In this document: piece by piece, positions 59,522 through 64,000 of the stretch
Layout: the number at the start of each line of letters is the position of its first letter
Position numbering within the stretch: position 1 is the stretch's first letter
Assembly: GCA_964567265.1 (NCBI GenBank)
Contig: CAZMLK010000001.1
Location: 395,723-459,722 of the forward strand
Length of the DNA stretch: 64,000 bases
Direction of reading: 5' to 3'
Source of the DNA: an uncultured Candidatus Saccharibacteria bacterium
Lineage (GTDB): Bacteria > Patescibacteriota > Minisyncoccia > Phycocordibacterales > UBA12088
Made by a program: the position numbers and the translations under genes
Notes under the pieces: generated by a model
What the model was told of the DNA's origin: nothing
Databases searched by the model: none
Seen by the model: the letters and a program-made list of their open reading frames with translations, nothing else

Positions 59522-60826
59522 TTATGCGCACATCCTCGTGCGTTCTATATGAACGCCGATCGATCGGAGGCGTGCCTCGATGTTCGCGTATCCTCGGTCG
59601 ATGAAGTACGCGTTATTAATAGTCGAATTCCCTTTCGCTATGATACCGGCGATCAGGAACGCGAGTCCAGCGCGGATGTCCGGGCCGTCGACTTCCCTTC
59701 CCTTAAGGAGCGTTGGGCCCTTCACGGTCGCGCGGTGCGCATCCCATACCTTTATGTCGGCGCCCATGTGGACCAGATCCTGCGCGTAGTTGAGGCGATT
59801 CTCGTAGATCGTCTCGAACACCAGCCCCTCGCCGCTCGACTGCGTGAGGAACACCGTCATCGGCGCCTGGAGGTCGGTCGGGAATCCCGGATACTCATGC
59901 GTTTTCAAATCGAAGGAAGTAAAGTCCGAATTCGCAATCTTCCCGTTCCCGCTAATCTGAATGAAGTCGGCACCAATCTCCATCGGGACGCTGGCACTCT
60001 GGAGTGTCCGAATCACGCTCCACGCGTGATTCGGATTGCAGTTCGAAATCCGAAGATTGTCGGCCGCAAGCGCACCGAGGACGAGGAAGCTCCCCAGCTC
60101 AATGCGATCAGGAATAATGCGGTACTGCTTTCCCTCCGATTTCAGAAGCGCGCCGCCTTCGATCTCGATGGTCGGCGAACCAGCGCCGGTGATCTTGGCG
60201 CCACAGGAGTTCAGAAATTCAGCGAGGTCGGCAATCTCCGGCTCCATCGCCGCATTCCGAAGCGTGGTCTTCCCTTCTGCGAGCACTGCGGCAAGCATGA
60301 GCGCTTCGGTTGCGGTTACGCTCATTACCGTAAAAAATATATCAGCTCCGCGGAGCTTGCCGTCTTTCGCGGCAATCTCGTAGTGAGAATCATGTGTGGT
60401 AATCGTCGCACCCATCGCTTTGTACGCGGACAGGAAGAGATCGATCGGCCGCGGACCGATGACACACCCGCCTGGATGTGGAAAAGAGACTTTGCCGAAG
60501 CGGCCAAGAAGGGGTCCGGTCAAGATCACAGAAGCGCGCATGCGCTTGGCGGCGTCCGCATCGATGACGGTCTCGAACAAATCCTCCGTTGCAACCTCGA
60601 TGGTATCTCCCGATTGCGTGGTTCCTGCGCCGAGCTTTTCAAGAATCTCTCCCATCCGCTTCACATCCTCGATTACGGGAACATTCGTGAGTGTGAGCGT
60701 GTCCGAAAAAACGATTGCTGAAGCGAGCGCCGGAAGTACCGAATTCTTTGCGCCGCCGATCACCACTTCACCGGATAGGGTCTTCTCACCACCGAGGCCA
60801 GTGATATGGAATGATTCTTTGTTCAT
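59522..60826 (-). CDS. murA: UDP-N-acetylglucosamine 1-carboxyvinyltransferase
   Basis: GGAKNSVLP, the catalytic-loop region (PGGCVIGPRPIDL), and DIRAGLAFLIAG. Start at the internal ATG (MNKESFHITG) of track ORF 59522..60922. Confidence 0.9.
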   Translation of the reverse strand: MNKESFHITGLGGEKTLSGEVVIGGAKNSVLPALASAIVFSDTLTLTNVPVIEDVKRMGEILEKLGAGTTQSGDTIEVATEDLFETVIDADAAKRMRASVILTGPLLGRFGKVSFPHPGGCVIGPRPIDLFLSAYKAMGATITTHDSHYEIAAKDGKLRGADIFFTVMSVTATEALMLAAVLAEGKTTLRNAAMEPEIADLAEFLNSCGAKITGAGSPTIEIEGGALLKSEGKQYRIIPDRIELGSFLVLGALAADNLRISNCNPNHAWSVIRTLQSASVPMEIGADFIQISGNGKIANSDFTSFDLKTHEYPGFPTDLQAPMTVFLTQSSGEGLVFETIYENRLNYAQDLVHMGADIKVWDAHRATVKGPTLLKGREVDGPDIRAGLAFLIAGIIAKGNSTINNAYFIDRGYANIEARLRSIGVHIERTRMCA

Positions 60827-61198
60827 GTCGGAACAATTGTACGGGCAGGCGAGACTTGGCACAAATCGCCCGCCGGTTGGGCCCTTGGCCCAACCGGCGG
60901 GCGTCCCTTGCACTATCCCCACACTTGTTGCCTAAACCGCTCTATGCTACATTGACGACGTAGCAGACAACGGAGGTATGCTCATTATGTTGAGCTTGCG
61001 GTCGACTTATCGTGCCGATACCCACCTCCCCTCGAAGGAGACCGATTTCGTCCAGGAAGCCCTGGATATTCCACCGAGAGACCCGCTCTTCGATCATCCA
61101 ATCGGCGATTAACGCTAATCGCCCCACGCCGACCCGCACTCGTGCGGGTCTCACCTAGAGGGTGAACGGGCTCTGTTTCTCCCCGTTCAAAGCCTTCG

Positions 61199-61239
61199 GC
61201 CCTGCTGACCCATTTTTGGTCAGCAGGGCTTTCTACTTT
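61199..61239 (+). terminator. rho-independent terminator upstream of priA
   Basis: 12-bp stem GCCCTGCTGACC-cattttt-GGTCAGCAGGGC followed by TTTCTACTTT. Confidence 0.75.
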
Positions 61240-61243
61240 CAGG

Positions 61244-61249
61244 TATGCT
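61244..61249 (+). promoter_or_regulatory. -10 box of the priA-like gene (leaderless-type)
   Basis: TATGCT-6 nt-ATG. The same GTATGCT motif precedes holB. Confidence 0.4.
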
Positions 61250-61255
61250 AGGAAG

Positions 61256-63154
61256 ATGCGCCTTTTGCACGTCTATCCCATCTCAAGGGGTATCGCCAAG
61301 GATGAACTGACCTATTTCACGTCAATCGAGGCGGCGCCCGGTTCGATTGTCTCTGTCCCGCTCCGCTCGAAGACCATCCCCGCGCTCATCATCTCCTCCG
61401 AGGACGTGAGCGACGCGCGCGCCGAGCTCCGGCAATCCGATTTCGCGCTCCGGAAGATCGCGGCCCGTTCAGCGCGCGCGCTCTTCTTCCCCGCCTACGT
61501 CGATGCGATCCTGAGGTCGGCTGAATACTATGCGGCCGCGCCCGGCGCGCTCTTCGCTGCGACCATCCCCTCGACCCTTTTCAAGGAACCCTTGAAGCTC
61601 TCGCTTCCCGAAAAAATCCTTGAGAGCAGGACGGGCGGCGTCATCGGCGAGAAGCTGATCTTCCAGGGCGGCCCGACCGAGCGCCTCGAGCATCATAAGA
61701 ATCTCGTACGGGAAGAATTCGCGCGGAACCGCTCCGTATTCATCCTCGTGCCGACCGTGCGCGACCTCGAGCGGCTGGATGTATTCCTTTCCCGCGGCAT
61801 TCCTGACTTCGTCTTCGCACTCCATGGCTCGCTTCCGGAAAAGGAAATGCGCGCGCGCTGGAACAAGGCGGTGACCCTCGACCATCCCGTCGTCATCATC
61901 GGGACGGGATCATTCCTCTCGATTCCCCGCTCTGACATCGGCACCATCATCGTCGAGCGCGAGAGCGCAGGCTCGTACAAAGCGATGTCGCGCCCGTTCA
62001 CCGACATGCGCGTCGTCGCTGAGCGTCTGGCAGAAGCCCTCCACGCACGGTTCATCCTTGCGGATCTGCCGCTCCGGGTCGAGAGCGTCCACCGCTTCCG
62101 CGTCGGCGATTTCGACGAGCGCACGCCGATCCGCACGCGCGCCGTGGCCACCGCCGAGGCGACGCTCGTCGACATGCGGGAGGAGAAATCACCAGACAAG
62201 AAGGAGAAGTTCGTCGTGCTCAGCCAGACACTGATCAATGGAATCAAGGAGACCCTCGCGGCAAAAGAGAATGTCTTCCTCTTCACGGTGCGCCGCGGCA
62301 TGTCCCCCCTCACCGTCTGCGAGGACTGCGGGAACACGGTGCTCTGCGACGTCACGAAGACGCCGGTCACGCTCCACAAGGGGCCGAAAGGAAATGTCTT
62401 CGTCTGCCATTCCTGCGGCGCGATCCGTCCGGGCGACGAGCGCTGCCGGTTCTGCAATTCGTGGCGCCTGCAGTCGCTGGGCATCGGGAGCCAATTCGTT
62501 GAAGAGTTGGTGCGGAAGACCTTTCCAGAAGCAGAACTTTTTGCAATCGACCGCGATCGCACGAAAACCCATCGCGAAGCGACGAAGGTGGGCGAGAAAT
62601 TTGCCGCCGCGGAAGGAGCGATTCTCCTTGGTACAGAGATGGCGCTTCCGTATCTCCCTGACACCGTGGCACTCGCCGGCGTCGTCTCCATCGATTCCCT
62701 GCTCTCGCTTCCCGAATGGAACGCGTTCGAGCGCGTGTTTGGCATCATCACGCGCCTCCGGAGCGCAGCATCGAAGAAGCTGATCCTCCAGAGCCGGAAG
62801 ACCGAAGCCGATGTGCTCGAGTTCGCGCTTCGCGGCAATACCAGCGATTTTTATAAGGGCGAGCTCGATGCGCGGAAACAGTTCGGCTATCCGCCGTTCA
62901 CGATGTTCATAAAGATCACTTGCGAGGGAACTGCGGCCAAGGCATCATCCGACATGAAAGACGTCGAGAACGCATTCGAGCCCTATGGTTTCAGCGGCCG
63001 TTCGCACCTCATGCATACCGGCAAAGGCCGCTACGTGGTCCACGGATTCCTCCGCATCCCCAAGAAGGACTGGCCGAATCCAGAAATTGTTTCACTGCTC
63101 CGCTCCCTTCCCCCGCATATCACGGTCACTGTTGACCCTGACAGTATTTTGTAG
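61256..63154 (+). CDS. priA: primosomal protein N' (PriA)-like with degenerate helicase motifs
   Basis: Cys-rich zinc region CEDCGN...C...CHSCG...CRFCNS, C-terminal GYPPF, and overall PriA colinearity. Walker A is replaced by QGGPTERLE and DExH by VERES. Confidence 0.8.
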   Translation: MRLLHVYPISRGIAKDELTYFTSIEAAPGSIVSVPLRSKTIPALIISSEDVSDARAELRQSDFALRKIAARSARALFFPAYVDAILRSAEYYAAAPGALFAATIPSTLFKEPLKLSLPEKILESRTGGVIGEKLIFQGGPTERLEHHKNLVREEFARNRSVFILVPTVRDLERLDVFLSRGIPDFVFALHGSLPEKEMRARWNKAVTLDHPVVIIGTGSFLSIPRSDIGTIIVERESAGSYKAMSRPFTDMRVVAERLAEALHARFILADLPLRVESVHRFRVGDFDERTPIRTRAVATAEATLVDMREEKSPDKKEKFVVLSQTLINGIKETLAAKENVFLFTVRRGMSPLTVCEDCGNTVLCDVTKTPVTLHKGPKGNVFVCHSCGAIRPGDERCRFCNSWRLQSLGIGSQFVEELVRKTFPEAELFAIDRDRTKTHREATKVGEKFAAAEGAILLGTEMALPYLPDTVALAGVVSIDSLLSLPEWNAFERVFGIITRLRSAASKKLILQSRKTEADVLEFALRGNTSDFYKGELDARKQFGYPPFTMFIKITCEGTAAKASSDMKDVENAFEPYGFSGRSHLMHTGKGRYVVHGFLRIPKKDWPNPEIVSLLRSLPPHITVTVDPDSIL

Positions 63155-63182
63155 GGCCATTCCCCGAATACGAAAAATTGGC

Positions 63183-63188
63183 TAGAAT
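63183..63188 (+). promoter_or_regulatory. -10 box of def (leaderless-type)
   Basis: TAGAAT-7 nt-ATG at 63196. Confidence 0.45.
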
Positions 63189-63195
63189 CCTCCAT

Positions 63196-63744
63196 ATGAC
63201 CCCAAAGATAGTCCAGAAGGGCGACCCCGTGCTCGGAAAGAAAGCAGCCGAGGTCCCCATTTCCGAGATCACCTCGAAAAAGATCAAGAAGATCGTCGCC
63301 GACATGAAGGCGGCGCTTTCGAAGGAAGCGGATGGCGCGGCGATCGCCGCGCCGCAGATCGGGCACTCGCTCCGCATTTTCGTTGTGTCCGGCCGCATCC
63401 TCGCGAAGGACGATGGCAGCGAGGGCGTCGCTCCCGACATCACCTTCATCAACCCCGTCATTACCAAGCTCTCGAAGACCAAGAAGCCGCTCGACGAGGG
63501 CTGCCTCTCGGTCCGCGGCTACTATGGCATCATCGAGCGCTCGACCAAGGCGACCGTGAAAGCCTATGACGAGTGGGGCAAATCGTTCATGCGCGGCGGC
63601 AGCGGCCTCTTGGCGCAGGTGTTCCAGCACGAATGCGACCACCTCGATGGAATCCTTTTTGTCGAGAAGGCGAAGGATTTCTGGCTCGTTCCTGCCGAAA
63701 CCAAGGGCGGTAAGACGAAGAAATCCGCCGAAAAAAAGAAATGA
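63196..63744 (+). CDS. def: peptide deformylase
   Basis: GAAIAAPQIG (motif 1), EGCLSVRG (motif 2), HECDHLDG (motif 3). Track ORF starts at TTG 63178. Confidence 0.9.
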   Translation: MTPKIVQKGDPVLGKKAAEVPISEITSKKIKKIVADMKAALSKEADGAAIAAPQIGHSLRIFVVSGRILAKDDGSEGVAPDITFINPVITKLSKTKKPLDEGCLSVRGYYGIIERSTKATVKAYDEWGKSFMRGGSGLLAQVFQHECDHLDGILFVEKAKDFWLVPAETKGGKTKKSAEKKK

Positions 63745-64000
63745 TGAAGAATCTCAAAATCGTCTTCTTCGGATCGCCGCCCCTTGCGCAGATTACGCTT
63801 AAAGAATTGAAAGAAGCCGGGATCCTTCCGGTACTCATCGTCACGATGCCGGACGCGAGCGAGGGGCGGCGCGGCGAAGCGCTTCCCGCTCCGATCCGCC
63901 TCTGGGCGGAAGCGGAAGGTATCGACCTCCTCCAGCCCACTGATATCAATGACGAAGCGCTCCAGGACGCGCTCCGGAATACAGAATGGGACCTCTTCGT
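63741..64000 (+). CDS. fmt: methionyl-tRNA formyltransferase, N-terminal part (3' end outside window)
   Basis: ATGA overlap with the def stop. KIVFFGSPPLAQITLKEL..AG..PVLIVT.PD is typical of the Fmt N-terminus. Confidence 0.85.
   Translation, partial: MMKNLKIVFFGSPPLAQITLKELKEAGILPVLIVTMPDASEGRRGEALPAPIRLWAEAEGIDLLQPTDINDEALQDALRNTEWDLF

Noticed and set aside
59321-60721. Very long antisense ORFs, for example the 466-aa ORF opposite murA. Others are 7008..8060, 19693..20973, 35023..36561, 42424..43518, 43945..44919, 55658..56629 and 61693..62838.
   Set aside because: In each case the opposite strand encodes a protein with clear family motifs. The antisense translations are low-complexity and rich in R, E, D, H and A, as expected for GC3-rich genes. 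No independent start or stop signals are present.
1-64000. Alternative genetic code (for example UGA recoding, as in some candidate phyla).
   Set aside because: All recognised genes are full length under the standard code. TGA, TAA and TAG all terminate conserved proteins at the expected positions, for example the ATGA overlap of def and fmt.

Overview
A gene-dense, moderately GC-rich stretch of bacterial chromosome with about 75 protein genes, one tRNA, and no rRNA. I found no CRISPR array, transposase, integrase or recognisable defence system.

Most of the window is housekeeping:
- aminoacyl-tRNA synthetases: a gltX fragment, cysS, class I lysK, proS
- ribosomal proteins L27, L9 and L21
- replication and repair: dnaB, recR, rmuC, holB, a priA-like gene
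- def and the start of fmt
- a truncated division/cell-wall cluster (mraZ-rsmH-ftsL-ftsI-murF)
- mreBCD with mrdA, murA, frr, rseP, greA, corA, gdh and a P-type ATPase

Gene style:
- Many small orphan genes are monocistronic, each bracketed by a TTGACA-N17 promoter and a GC-rich hairpin terminator.
- Many genes have a -10 box only 6-9 nt upstream of the ATG with no Shine-Dalgarno sequence (leaderless-type).
- Together with class I LysRS and a PriA that has lost its helicase motifs, this suggests a small-genome uncultivated lineage (CPR/Patescibacteria-like). That assignment is inference only.

Most unusual regions:
1. 23.3-30.6 kb: three co-oriented secreted envelope-active proteins. They carry an SGNH esterase, a beta-helix with PG-binding domains, and a DPBB-like module. 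Two of them share an unclassified ~90-aa repeat (7 copies in total) joined by Thr/Gly linkers.
2. 30.6-33.3 kb: an islet of orphan genes around tRNA-Glu that interrupts the division/cell-wall cluster. It includes an inverted tRNA T-arm fragment and a long hairpin.
3. 51.1-59.5 kb: an accessory neighbourhood between holB and murA. It holds a soluble VirD4/TraD-like ATPase, a membrane protein, a second MreB paralog, a tandemly duplicated two-gene module and several small orphan genes.
4. Several gene-free, structured intervals bounded by promoter and terminator signals, which are candidate ncRNAs (about 49.9-50.3 kb, 38.1-38.3 kb, 15.0-15.4 kb).

I cannot name a single new system with confidence. 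Regions 1 and 3 are my best candidates. Coordinates of hairpins and promoters were read by eye and may be off by 1-2 nt.
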